Assembly (NCBI GenBank): GCA_902525035.1
Contig: CABZFN010000006.1
Span: forward strand, 6,538-70,537
Length of the DNA: 64,000 nucleotides
Direction of reading: 5' to 3'
From: an uncultured Alphaproteobacteria bacterium
GTDB lineage: Bacteria > Pseudomonadota > Alphaproteobacteria > HIMB59 > GCA-002718135
In this document: piece by piece, positions 19,480 through 28,221 of the stretch
Layout of the letters: each line of letters starts with the position of its first letter
Position numbering within the stretch: the first letter of the stretch is position 1
Translations under genes and position numbers: made by a program
The notes under the pieces: generated by a model
What the model saw: the letters and a program-made list of their open reading frames with translations, nothing else
Told to the model about the DNA's origin: nothing
Database searches by the model: none

Positions 19480-20076
19480 TTAATAATCTGAGATCCAATC
19501 ATTGAATTCATTGGTTAATATTGCGACCGATATACCACTTGTCCAATTATTTTCTTGTTTTATTTTTTTGCTCCAGTCACTGCATTGTAAGGTAATATTA
19601 TCACCATTAGGGAAATCAAAATAAACATCATATTTTTTACTTTTTCCAGATGGATCTAAATTTGGTTCGTAAATAAATTCACTTTTCTTATAATTATTAA
19701 AAAGATCTTCAAATTCCATTTCAATTTCTTTTTGTAAATCAAGACAATCACTTAAAATATCAAAAGTTATCATTCCTCTTATCATAAAAATTGTATAATT
19801 TTTATCATCTAGTTTCACGAATATTGAAATCTGAGAATAAATATTAAAATTCCCTTCACGAATGTAAACTTCTCCAAATTTATTGGGATTATTTAAATAT
19901 TTATAATGTTCAGATGTTCTATTAATTTCATTAATAATTAAATCTTCTGATATGTGATCTAAAGCACTATCTCCTATACCTATACCTTCTATCATAAAAT
20001 CTGAAATATTTTCAGAAAATGCTGAATGAGAAAAAATAAAATAAAATGAAAATATAAAAATGTATATTAATTTCAT
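19480..20076 (-). CDS. Secreted paralog-family protein, copy 3
   Basis: Signal peptide + NISDFMIEGIGIGDSAL...DPSGKS...CSDW. Confidence 0.8.
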   Translation of the reverse strand: MKLIYIFIFSFYFIFSHSAFSENISDFMIEGIGIGDSALDHISEDLIINEINRTSEHYKYLNNPNKFGEVYIREGNFNIYSQISIFVKLDDKNYTIFMIRGMITFDILSDCLDLQKEIEMEFEDLFNNYKKSEFIYEPNLDPSGKSKKYDVYFDFPNGDNITLQCSDWSKKIKQENNWTSGISVAILTNEFNDWISDY

Positions 20077-20468
20077 TATTTTATATCAGGAAGTGAAAGA
20101 ATAAAATCAGTAAGAGCATCTGCAAAAGTTTCATTTGAATTATTTTTACAATAAACCTTAACGTACTCAAACATATATTCAGCACTGTATTCATTGAGTC
20201 TTTTATATTTTCCAGTCAATTCATTTATATAGAAATTCAAACCACTTAAATATCCTTGGAAAGTAGCTATGACATAATCTTTTATGGTAATAGGGTCCTC
20301 CTCAATATAGTAAGATAACAGATTATCCATTTCACTGCATGAATTAGTAACAGCGCCATACATTACATAATCATCCTCAGCTTTTAAATTAAAAGTAAAA
20401 AAAATTAATAAAAATATAAAAACTATTTTTAATAAATTATCTAAATAAAACTTTTTAATACGCTTCAT
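20076..20468 (-). CDS. Secreted small helical protein (HdeA/Rap1a-like two-Cys pattern)
   Basis: Signal peptide; SC...GYLSGLN...YCKNN. Confidence 0.6.
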   Translation of the reverse strand: MKRIKKFYLDNLLKIVFIFLLIFFTFNLKAEDDYVMYGAVTNSCSEMDNLLSYYIEEDPITIKDYVIATFQGYLSGLNFYINELTGKYKRLNEYSAEYMFEYVKVYCKNNSNETFADALTDFILSLPDIK

Positions 20469-21042
20469 AATTTATAAAATCTAAATATACATTGTTTGAG
20501 ACTGATACAGTCAGAGAATCATTAAAATTATATTGCTCTAAAGATTTTGAAGAATCTGACCATTCATTACAATAAATTCTTATGCTACCATCACTAAGAT
20601 CATAATCAGTTATGTACGCATAGTTTTTTCCATCTCCAATTTTATCATATTGATATGTATACTCATCAATTTCGATATTTTCAATATCAAGAATCTTTAG
20701 TATATCATTTTCAATATCATCTTTTTTTATTAAGCATTCTTCTAACTTATTATTAAATCTCATATAGCCAGAAAGAGATAATATAATATATTTATCATCA
20801 TTGCTGTAAACGCTAAAATTCATTTGTTCAAAATCATCATGCTCTTCTTCAATAATAGATAATTCTATAATTTTTTTACTATTTGGATATTCCGTAATTA
20901 ACCCATTATTAATTTCATCTTGTGAATAAAAATTTAATACACTATCCCCAACACTAATTCCTTTTAATTCAAAATCAGAAATGTTTTCTGCAAGAACTGA
21001 AGAGCTAAAAAAAACAATCAAAGATATTAAAATTTTTGTCAT
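20455..21042 (-). CDS. Secreted paralog-family protein, copy 2
   Basis: Signal peptide + NISDFELKGISVGDSVL...CLIKK...CNEW. Confidence 0.8.
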   Translation of the reverse strand: MTKILISLIVFFSSSVLAENISDFELKGISVGDSVLNFYSQDEINNGLITEYPNSKKIIELSIIEEEHDDFEQMNFSVYSNDDKYIILSLSGYMRFNNKLEECLIKKDDIENDILKILDIENIEIDEYTYQYDKIGDGKNYAYITDYDLSDGSIRIYCNEWSDSSKSLEQYNFNDSLTVSVSNNVYLDFINYEAY

Positions 21043-21054
21043 ATTAAGAAATTT

Positions 21055-21642
21055 TTAATTACCAGTCATCCAATCATTAATCTCTTTTGATGTAACTATT
21101 ACACTTAGTCCTTCAGTCCAATTATTTTTTTTTCTCAAATTTTCTTCCCAATTTGAGCAACTCAATTGTATTTCGTCACCATTATTAAATTTATACAATA
21201 TTTTATCTTTAGTACTTTTTCCACTAGGGTCATGTCTTGATTTAAAAAAAATTTCTTTTTTTTCTAAATTAGAAAATATTTGAGATAATTCTTTATCAAT
21301 TTGATTTCTTTTCTCAATACAACGATTTGGTTCTTCAATAAAATATAGCATCCCTCTAACTTCATATATTAAATAATTTTTATCTTTCTGGCTAACCATA
21401 AAAGATAAAGCATCATATGAACCAAAATCAAAATTATCAAATAAGTACACTTCACCAAAATCATTATTTAAAAAGGAGTATATCTCTCTTGTTCTTTTTA
21501 ATTCTATTTGAATTTCTGATTTAGACATATAATTCAATAAACTATCCCCAATACTTATTCCATTAATTTGAAAGTCAGAAATATCGTCTGCTAGACTATT
21601 TTTTGTAAACATTAATAAAAATAAAAATATAATAAACTTCAT
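21055..21642 (-). CDS. Secreted paralog-family protein, copy 1
   Basis: Signal peptide + DISDFQINGISIGDSLL...DPSGKS...CSNW. Confidence 0.8.
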   Translation of the reverse strand: MKFIIFLFLLMFTKNSLADDISDFQINGISIGDSLLNYMSKSEIQIELKRTREIYSFLNNDFGEVYLFDNFDFGSYDALSFMVSQKDKNYLIYEVRGMLYFIEEPNRCIEKRNQIDKELSQIFSNLEKKEIFFKSRHDPSGKSTKDKILYKFNNGDEIQLSCSNWEENLRKKNNWTEGLSVIVTSKEINDWMTGN

Positions 21643-21730
21643 AGTTTTTTAAAATTTTAGTGTTTTTTTTCGTGATTATAACCTCTATTATTTGACCTTT
21701 TAAGTAGAATATTTTAAAATTTTATTTTTT

Positions 21731-23713
21731 ATGTACATAATTAAAATATTAATAATTATTAATTTTTTTTTAATTTCATTCAGCGTTTCAGCTACTTCTT
21801 GGATTACAAAAAAACAAAGTGAAAATTTTGATAAAGATTCATCATGTAATAAATCTTTATCAATAACAAATTTAAATAAAAAAAGTGATTACTTCATTGA
21901 TATAGAAGATTATGAAAAAGCATTTAGTTGCTCAATAATAGCTGCAAATCAAAAAGATACATATGCTGAGGGAGCAGTTGGGTGGTTTTATCAAAATGGT
22001 TACGGTGTAGATAAAAATTTTGACAAGGCTCTTGAATATCTTAGGAGAGCTAAAAATGGCGGAAGTTCATATGCAATGAATCTTTTAGCTGAACATTATT
22101 TACAAGGCTGGGGTGTCAGTCAAAATTATTCTAAAGCTATTAGTTATTATACAAAATCAGCAAATAAAGGTGATGATTATGCCCAAGGACAATTAGGATA
22201 TCACTACTACTACGGAGAAGGAATAGAAGAAAATAGAAAATTAGCATATTATTGGTTCAAAAAATCAGCTGAACAAGGAAGTACTTATTCTGAAAGTTGG
22301 TTAGGTCATTTATATTTATTTGGTGAAGGCACAGAAGTAAATTTTGAACAAGCTTTTAAATTTTCCAAACTAGCTGCTGATAAAGGTGATGAATTTGCTC
22401 AATCAAATGTTGGATACTTATATGAATGGGGAGAAGGAGTAGAAAAAAATATTAATAAGGCAATTGAATTTTATTCAATGGCAGCCGATCAAGGAAATGA
22501 TTATTCATTAGAACGACTTGAAATATTATTAGCAGAAGATAAGGAAGAAAAAATTAGCGATAATACTTCATCAAGTCAATTTATAACAAAAAAAATTAAA
22601 GGTGATGAAGTTATAGAACTAAAAGTAGAAGACAAAATTAATGTTGCGAATGAGCCAGTAGTTCAAGCTAAGTTTATACCGATTGAAGAATTCAGTAAAA
22701 TTAAAATTAAGACAAGACTTAAACAAGATTCTAATTCAACTTCTAACACAATAGGTATTCTAGATAAAGGTGTTGAAATTTATATAATTAGCGAATTAAT
22801 TGATGAAAATATTTTAGGTAATTGGGTTAATATTGAAGCAGATATTGATGGAGAAATAGTAATAGGTTTTGTTCTAAAAGATAAAATAGAATTTAGTAAA
22901 ACAGAGCCTATTATTGATACTCAAACCACACAAAAAAATAAAACAAAATATGAAATAGAATGGGGTGAGTACTATGCAATAGTTATAGGTAATAATATTT
23001 ATGATGAAAATAAAAATTCTTTAACTAATTTAAAAACAGCTATAAATGATGCTGAAAAAATTGGTAAATTATTGAAGGATAAATATGGTTTTAAAACAGA
23101 AGTAATAAGAAATGCTACATTAGCAGATATTAATAATACAATTAAAAAATATAGATCTATATTAACTGAAAATGATAACTTATTAATATATTACGCAGGT
23201 CATGGCACAGTAGACTCATGGACTCAAGAGGGATACTGGTTACCAGTTGATGCTCAAGATAATAATGAATGGACGTGGTTTGATAATCGAAGTTTGATAA
23301 GTTTAACAAAATCTTTAAATGCAAAACATATAATTGTAATTGCAGACTCTTGTTTTTCAGGCTCTCTTTTTAGTACTGTTGATTATAGAAGTGCATTTGA
23401 AGATAACAATTCAGATTTAGAAAATGTCTTTTTCAACATGAATAGAAAAAAAACTAGGGTGGCAATTACATCAGGAAATTATGAATTTGTACCTGACTCA
23501 ATAAATAATAGTGATCACTCACCATTTGCAACTGTCTTGATTGATATTTTAAATAATAATAACGATGTTTTGCCGGCTGGTGATCTATTTAGTCAAGTTA
23601 GAACCACACTTCCTAAATTTTCCAAAAAACAGAATCCTGTTTATGGTGAATTTGATTTTGATTTACATGAAAAAACTGGAGATTTTCTGTTTGTTCCTTT
23701 AGAGATTAAATAA
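21731..23713 (+). CDS. Secreted Sel1-repeat, SH3-like and caspase-like (peptidase C14) protein
   Basis: About five Sel1 repeats (LG..Y..G.GV..N...A..Y...A..G); catalytic YYAGHG and IADSCFSG. Confidence 0.88.
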   Translation: MYIIKILIIINFFLISFSVSATSWITKKQSENFDKDSSCNKSLSITNLNKKSDYFIDIEDYEKAFSCSIIAANQKDTYAEGAVGWFYQNGYGVDKNFDKALEYLRRAKNGGSSYAMNLLAEHYLQGWGVSQNYSKAISYYTKSANKGDDYAQGQLGYHYYYGEGIEENRKLAYYWFKKSAEQGSTYSESWLGHLYLFGEGTEVNFEQAFKFSKLAADKGDEFAQSNVGYLYEWGEGVEKNINKAIEFYSMAADQGNDYSLERLEILLAEDKEEKISDNTSSSQFITKKIKGDEVIELKVEDKINVANEPVVQAKFIPIEEFSKIKIKTRLKQDSNSTSNTIGILDKGVEIYIISELIDENILGNWVNIEADIDGEIVIGFVLKDKIEFSKTEPIIDTQTTQKNKTKYEIEWGEYYAIVIGNNIYDENKNSLTNLKTAINDAEKIGKLLKDKYGFKTEVIRNATLADINNTIKKYRSILTENDNLLIYYAGHGTVDSWTQEGYWLPVDAQDNNEWTWFDNRSLISLTKSLNAKHIIVIADSCFSGSLFSTVDYRSAFEDNNSDLENVFFNMNRKKTRVAITSGNYEFVPDSINNSDHSPFATVLIDILNNNNDVLPAGDLFSQVRTTLPKFSKKQNPVYGEFDFDLHEKTGDFLFVPLEIK

Positions 23714-23716
23714 ATT

Positions 23717-24106
23717 ATGTCTAACCCTTTTATTTTAATAGCTAGAATTCGTGTAAAAGAAGGTAAGATTAAAGATTATCTCAAGATCGCAAAAGAGGCT
23801 GATAATGCTGTTAATTTAACAGAACCAGATATGCTGATCCATACATTTGATCAAGATCCAACAGATCCTTTAGAATTTACTTGGAGTGAAGTATACCGTA
23901 CGAGTGAAGCAATGGTTCATCATATCAACAACCCTCCTGTTGTAGCTTATGTAGAAAAACATCAAGAAATTGCTGATAAATTTGAAATAGAAGTTTACGG
24001 TAATATTACAGATGAAACAATCAAAGCAATTAAGGCTCTAAATGTACCCTTCAAACACTTTAAAACAACTGACGTTGGATACATTAGAAAAGAAAAATTT
24101 ATTTAA
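23717..24106 (+). CDS. Antibiotic biosynthesis monooxygenase-like (dimeric alpha/beta barrel) protein
   Basis: TEPDML.HTFDQD...WSEVY...H..NP. Confidence 0.75.
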   Translation: MSNPFILIARIRVKEGKIKDYLKIAKEADNAVNLTEPDMLIHTFDQDPTDPLEFTWSEVYRTSEAMVHHINNPPVVAYVEKHQEIADKFEIEVYGNITDETIKAIKALNVPFKHFKTTDVGYIRKEKFI

Positions 24107-24172
24107 ATTTAATCTAGTTATTATCATTTAAATTTATTAATTTATTTTAAAATTATTAATTTTGGAGGATAC

Positions 24173-24496
24173 ATGAAAAAAGGATATTGGGTAGGACAAG
24201 TAAAGGAAATTAAAAATGCAGAAATATGGGGGCAATATTTAGAAAAATTTATGAATATTGTCTCTGAGGAAGCAGAAAAAAAATCAGGAAATTTTGTATT
24301 TACTGCTGGCAGTGAACCAAAGCACTATGTTCAAAAGAATTTTGATTTGTTATTTTCTGCTGTTGTTGAATTTAATAGCGTTCAAGACGCAATAGATGGT
24401 TACAATGATCCTCGGTATCAAGAAGCTTTAGCACTTTTAGGTGAAAATAAAGAAGATGTTGTTGTGAGAAATTTAGTAATCATTGAGGCACCTTAA
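24173..24496 (+). CDS. DUF1330-like protein
   Basis: KGYWV...VVEFNSVQDA...YNDPRYQEA; GGAGG RBS. Confidence 0.8.
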   Translation: MKKGYWVGQVKEIKNAEIWGQYLEKFMNIVSEEAEKKSGNFVFTAGSEPKHYVQKNFDLLFSAVVEFNSVQDAIDGYNDPRYQEALALLGENKEDVVVRNLVIIEAP

Positions 24497-24562
24497 ATAG
24501 CTATATGTAATTAACTAAAGGCAACCATACTCAATTAAAATAAATATAAAAAAGGATGTATT

Positions 24563-24832
24563 ATGAAAATAATTATGAACGTTAAAATCAATGAAGGATA
24601 TGCGAAATGGAAAGATCTTTTTCTTAGTGTTGATGCACAAAGACAAAAATATGGAATAAAAGTTTTAGCTTATGGTCATCCGAAAGATGATGAAACTAAA
24701 ATTTATCAAGTTTTAGAAATTGAATCGATGGAAAAAATGCAGGCAGCGATGCAGGATCCAGAATTATCTAAACTAAGAACTGATGCTGGTGTTGATTTAG
24801 ATAGTCAAGAATTAGTATTTTTAGTTGAGTAG
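24563..24832 (+). CDS. Small alpha/beta barrel protein (DUF3764-like)
   Basis: Y.KW...F....R...GI......D...........RTDAGVD pattern; AAGGA RBS. Confidence 0.65.
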   Translation: MKIIMNVKINEGYAKWKDLFLSVDAQRQKYGIKVLAYGHPKDDETKIYQVLEIESMEKMQAAMQDPELSKLRTDAGVDLDSQELVFLVE

Positions 24833-24853
24833 ATTTTAAAAAAAAACTAAACT

Positions 24854-24909
24854 ATATGTATATGGGGTATAAAGCCCTCTCCATTGAGGGAGTTTTGCCC
24901 CATATATAT
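24854..24909. terminator. Long GC-rich hairpin between convergent genes (terminator or REP-like)
   Basis: ATATGTATATGGGGTA..CCCTC-loop-GAGGG..TGCCCCATATATAT. Confidence 0.55.
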
Positions 24910-24911
24910 TT

Positions 24912-25847
24912 TTATGTTCTAAGTGTAGTTTTAGCTACTACTAATTGTTCAAGTTTATTTTCTCTGAAGACAATATAAATACCGCTTGATACAATGAGAA
25001 AAATTCCAATAAATGAATATAAATCTGGAATTTCAGAAAAAATAAAATAGCCTACAATAATTGCAAATATTAGATGGATATATTCTAGGATACTACAACT
25101 TAGAGGTGAGGCTAATCTATAAGCTCCAATTAAGCAAAACAAGCCAAGACCTCCGATAATAGATATAAAAATTATTAATCCCAATGTTCGGTAATCATTA
25201 AATACCCATGGATTACTTAAAATATAAAATATAGATAAATTGAAATCATAATTATGAATTAAAATACTAATTATACTTGCGCCAATAAAGGCACCAATAT
25301 AGACATGAAATGTTTGTTGAAATAAGGAATCATTTGCAGAAGTTTTTTTTGCTAAAACCATACTCAAAGAATAAGTGCAAGCTGCAATAATTGGAAAAAA
25401 CATATAAACATTAATATTATTAAATTCTGGTTTGATGATAAGAATAGTACCGCTAAAACCAATACAAATAGAAAATAATCTATTTATTCCAAATTTTTTT
25501 TTTAATATAAAGTAAGAAAAGATAGTCATAAAAAATGGACTCACAAAAAATAAACTAGTAGCTTCTGCTAAACTAATCTGACTCAAAGAAATAAAAAACA
25601 TAGTGAAACCAAATAAGAAAGTTGAAGCTCTAAATATTGCTATATACGGATGAGCTGAACCAAAGGTAATAGGTTGTTTATTATAAGTGAGATAAGCAGC
25701 AAGTAATAAAAATCCAATAAAACCTCTAAAAACCAGTATCTGCAATAAGCTTGCGTCGAATATAGTATATTTAATTAAAACATCTTGTGTGAATATCAGA
25801 ATAACTCCTACTATGAGAATTAGCAGACCTTTATTATTATTATTCAT
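24912..25847 (-). CDS. DMT/EamA family transporter
   Basis: About 10 TM; LAEATSLFFVSPFF, ILIIKP, FIFSEIPD. Confidence 0.88.
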   Translation of the reverse strand: MNNNNKGLLILIVGVILIFTQDVLIKYTIFDASLLQILVFRGFIGFLLLAAYLTYNKQPITFGSAHPYIAIFRASTFLFGFTMFFISLSQISLAEATSLFFVSPFFMTIFSYFILKKKFGINRLFSICIGFSGTILIIKPEFNNINVYMFFPIIAACTYSLSMVLAKKTSANDSLFQQTFHVYIGAFIGASIISILIHNYDFNLSIFYILSNPWVFNDYRTLGLIIFISIIGGLGLFCLIGAYRLASPLSCSILEYIHLIFAIIVGYFIFSEIPDLYSFIGIFLIVSSGIYIVFRENKLEQLVVAKTTLRT

Positions 25848-25911
25848 TATTTTTTCTAATTATACTTTTTAAGTATTAGTTTAATAAAAAAATAATATAT
25901 AAATATTTTTA

Positions 25912-26931
25912 ATGGTTTTTTATCTTGTAACACCACTTATTTTAATACTTTCTAGCTCTTTAGGATTAATAATTAATCCCTCTTGGTCTATTTCACCCTT
26001 TATTTGGGTTTTCGTATTGGTTCCAATTATTGACCTTGTATTACCTTACTTAAGCAAAGATGATGTTGAACTAAATGAAAGTGTGTTTCACGATTTTTCT
26101 ATTTTAATCGTGCTTCCCTGTATTTTATTTTTAATTATATTTGGTTTAATTGTTGTTTCTGATTCAGCTATCACTTTATTAACTGCTGCTACTTTAGGCG
26201 CAGCTGTAGGTATGTCAGGAGGCTCTATTGGTATCACAACGGCACATGAACTTATTCATCGAAAAAATAAATTTATGCGAGGTATTGGAGTATTTTTACT
26301 AGTTTTATGTTGTTATGGGCATTTTCGTATTGAACATATTTATGGTCATCATTTAAATGTAGCCACTAAAGAAGATCCTGCTACAGCTAGAAGAGGTGAA
26401 AATTTTTATTTTTATTTTATTCGCTGTGTAATTAATAGTGTGATTTCATCTTGGAATATTGAAAAAAATATTCTTGATAAAAAAAAATTAAATTCATTTA
26501 GTTTCCAAAACAGAATGATTCATTATTTTGTATTAGAATTTTTATTTTTAGTATTCGCATATTTAATTGCTGGAATGAATGGTTTAATTTTTGTGATCTT
26601 TCATTCTCTTGTTTCAATAATATTATTGGAGTTAGTAAATTATATTCAGCATTATGGCTTAGAGAGAAAAAAAGAAAATGGAAAATATGAAAGATTTACA
26701 GATCTTCACTCATGGAATAGTCGTCACATCTCTGCTAATTGGTCGACATTTAATTTAGGTCTTCATGCAGAGCATCACCAAAGTGCTTCAAAGCCCTATC
26801 CTCTTTTATCACAAAAAGAAAAAGCGATAGAGATGCCTGCTAATTACTCCATCATGTTAATTATGGCTTTAATCCCTCCTATGTGGTTTTTTGTGATGGA
26901 TAAAAAAATTGATAAATTAAAAACAATTTAA
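25912..26931 (+). CDS. alkB: Alkane 1-monooxygenase (AlkB family)
   Basis: HELIH, EHIYGHH, DPATARRGE, NYIQHYGL, HSWNS, LHAEHH. Confidence 0.85.
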   Translation: MVFYLVTPLILILSSSLGLIINPSWSISPFIWVFVLVPIIDLVLPYLSKDDVELNESVFHDFSILIVLPCILFLIIFGLIVVSDSAITLLTAATLGAAVGMSGGSIGITTAHELIHRKNKFMRGIGVFLLVLCCYGHFRIEHIYGHHLNVATKEDPATARRGENFYFYFIRCVINSVISSWNIEKNILDKKKLNSFSFQNRMIHYFVLEFLFLVFAYLIAGMNGLIFVIFHSLVSIILLELVNYIQHYGLERKKENGKYERFTDLHSWNSRHISANWSTFNLGLHAEHHQSASKPYPLLSQKEKAIEMPANYSIMLIMALIPPMWFFVMDKKIDKLKTI

Positions 26932-26937
26932 TTTAAA

Positions 26938-27621
26938 ATGATAGTTTTTTTTTCCAAGTTGAAAGATAATCGTATTTTTCAATTTTCTGTTGTTGTAATA
27001 ATTATATTAAATGCCATTCTTATTGGTGCTACAACATATCAATTAGATCCTATTTTTTTAAATACTATTCATTTACTTGATTATGCGATCACTGTTTTCT
27101 TTGTTATTGAAATTTTAATTCGTTTTATTGGTGAAAAAGAAAAGAAAAATTTTCTAAAAGATGGGTGGAATGTTTTTGATACAATAATTGTAGCAATATC
27201 ACTTATACCAATTCCAAATAATTCTAGTTTCTTAGTTTTACGTCTTCTTCGTATATTTAGAGTTTTACGTTTAATATCTGTTATTCCTGAATTAAAAAAA
27301 ATTATTGAAGCTATTCTTGCCTCTATAAAAAGAGTATTTTTTGTTAGCCTCCTTCTTTTTATTATACTCTATATTTACGCAACAATGGGCTCAATTTTAT
27401 TCGGTGAAGATGATCCAGAAAGATGGGCTGATCTTGGTATTTCCCTTATTACTCTCTTCCAAGTTTTAACTTTATCTAGTTGGGAAAATGTTATGTTGCC
27501 TATGCAAGCAATTTATTGGTGGGCTTGGATTTATTTCTTTAGTTTTATTTCAATTTGTTCAATAACTATATTAAACTTAGTAATTGCTATACTTGTTGAT
27601 GTTGTAAACCATCAAAAATAG
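26938..27621 (+). CDS. NaChBac-like voltage-gated cation channel
   Basis: 6 TM, WNVFD, S4 RLLRIFRVLRL, pore TLFQVLTLSSWE. Confidence 0.88.
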   Translation: MIVFFSKLKDNRIFQFSVVVIIILNAILIGATTYQLDPIFLNTIHLLDYAITVFFVIEILIRFIGEKEKKNFLKDGWNVFDTIIVAISLIPIPNNSSFLVLRLLRIFRVLRLISVIPELKKIIEAILASIKRVFFVSLLLFIILYIYATMGSILFGEDDPERWADLGISLITLFQVLTLSSWENVMLPMQAIYWWAWIYFFSFISICSITILNLVIAILVDVVNHQK

Positions 27622-27662
27622 TATTGAAAGATAATATTAATATTTAATTTTTTATTTTTTTA

Positions 27663-27671
27663 TGTTAAAAT
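27663..27671 (+). promoter_or_regulatory. Extended -10 promoter element for the riboswitch-bactofilin transcript
   Basis: TG-T-TAAAAT ending 9 nt before the first aptamer. Confidence 0.45.
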
Positions 27672-27680
27672 TCTACTTAT

Positions 27681-27711
27681 AGCAGTTGTAGAAACCTGCT
27701 TTAACAAAACT
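27681..27711 (+). ncRNA. preQ1-I-like riboswitch aptamer 1
   Basis: AGCAG-UUGUAGAAAC-CUGCU-UUAACAAAACU: 5-bp P1, loop U...AG...AC, A-rich tail ending in C. Confidence 0.7.
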
Positions 27712-27713
27712 CC

Positions 27714-27744
27714 TGCAGTCGAAGAATACCTGCGTTAAAAAACA
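27714..27744 (+). ncRNA. preQ1-I-like riboswitch aptamer 2, next to the RBS
   Basis: UGCAG-UCGAAGAAUAC-CUGCG-UUAAAAAACA, then UAAGGGAGG and ATG at 27759. Confidence 0.7.
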
Positions 27745-27758
27745 TAAGGGAGGAAAGA

Positions 27759-28211
27759 ATGTTTGATAAAAAAGAAGATAATTCAAATTCAACGCCTGAT
27801 GTTTTTAGACCTGCTAAGGGATCTGCAAAAGTAGTCATTGGTCATGGTGTAGTTATTAATGGTGAAATTAAAAAAGCTGATGAAGTGCAGATTGACGGTG
27901 AAGCCGATGTTACGATGAAAACTGATAATCTTTTAGTTGGTGCTACTGGTGCTTGCAAAGGTGATATTGAAACTCATAACGCTGATATTTGGGGTGCATT
28001 TGATGGAGATATTAAAGCATCTGGTACTCTTACTATTCAAGAAGAAGGTAAAGTATCAGGTAAAATTGAGTATCAAAATTTACAAATTAAGCTTGGAGGT
28101 CAAATAAGTGGTGACATTAAACTTTCTGATAAAATTCAATCAATAAAAAAAGATACAAAACCATCAGAAGATAATAATGTTTCATTGCAAGAATCTGTGA
28201 AAAAAGAATAA
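27759..28211 (+). CDS. Bactofilin, second copy
   Basis: VIGHGVVINGEI...G.CKGDI...GAFDGDI...GKVSGKIEY..L.I..GGQISGDI. Confidence 0.88.
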   Translation: MFDKKEDNSNSTPDVFRPAKGSAKVVIGHGVVINGEIKKADEVQIDGEADVTMKTDNLLVGATGACKGDIETHNADIWGAFDGDIKASGTLTIQEEGKVSGKIEYQNLQIKLGGQISGDIKLSDKIQSIKKDTKPSEDNNVSLQESVKKE

Positions 28212-28221
28212 ACTAATAATA

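Noticed and set aside
18828-21642. Paralog array as a DGR or integron cassette array
   Set aside because: No reverse transcriptase, no TR/VR pair with adenine-specific mismatches, no integrase, and the gaps are too short or lack attC-like hairpins.
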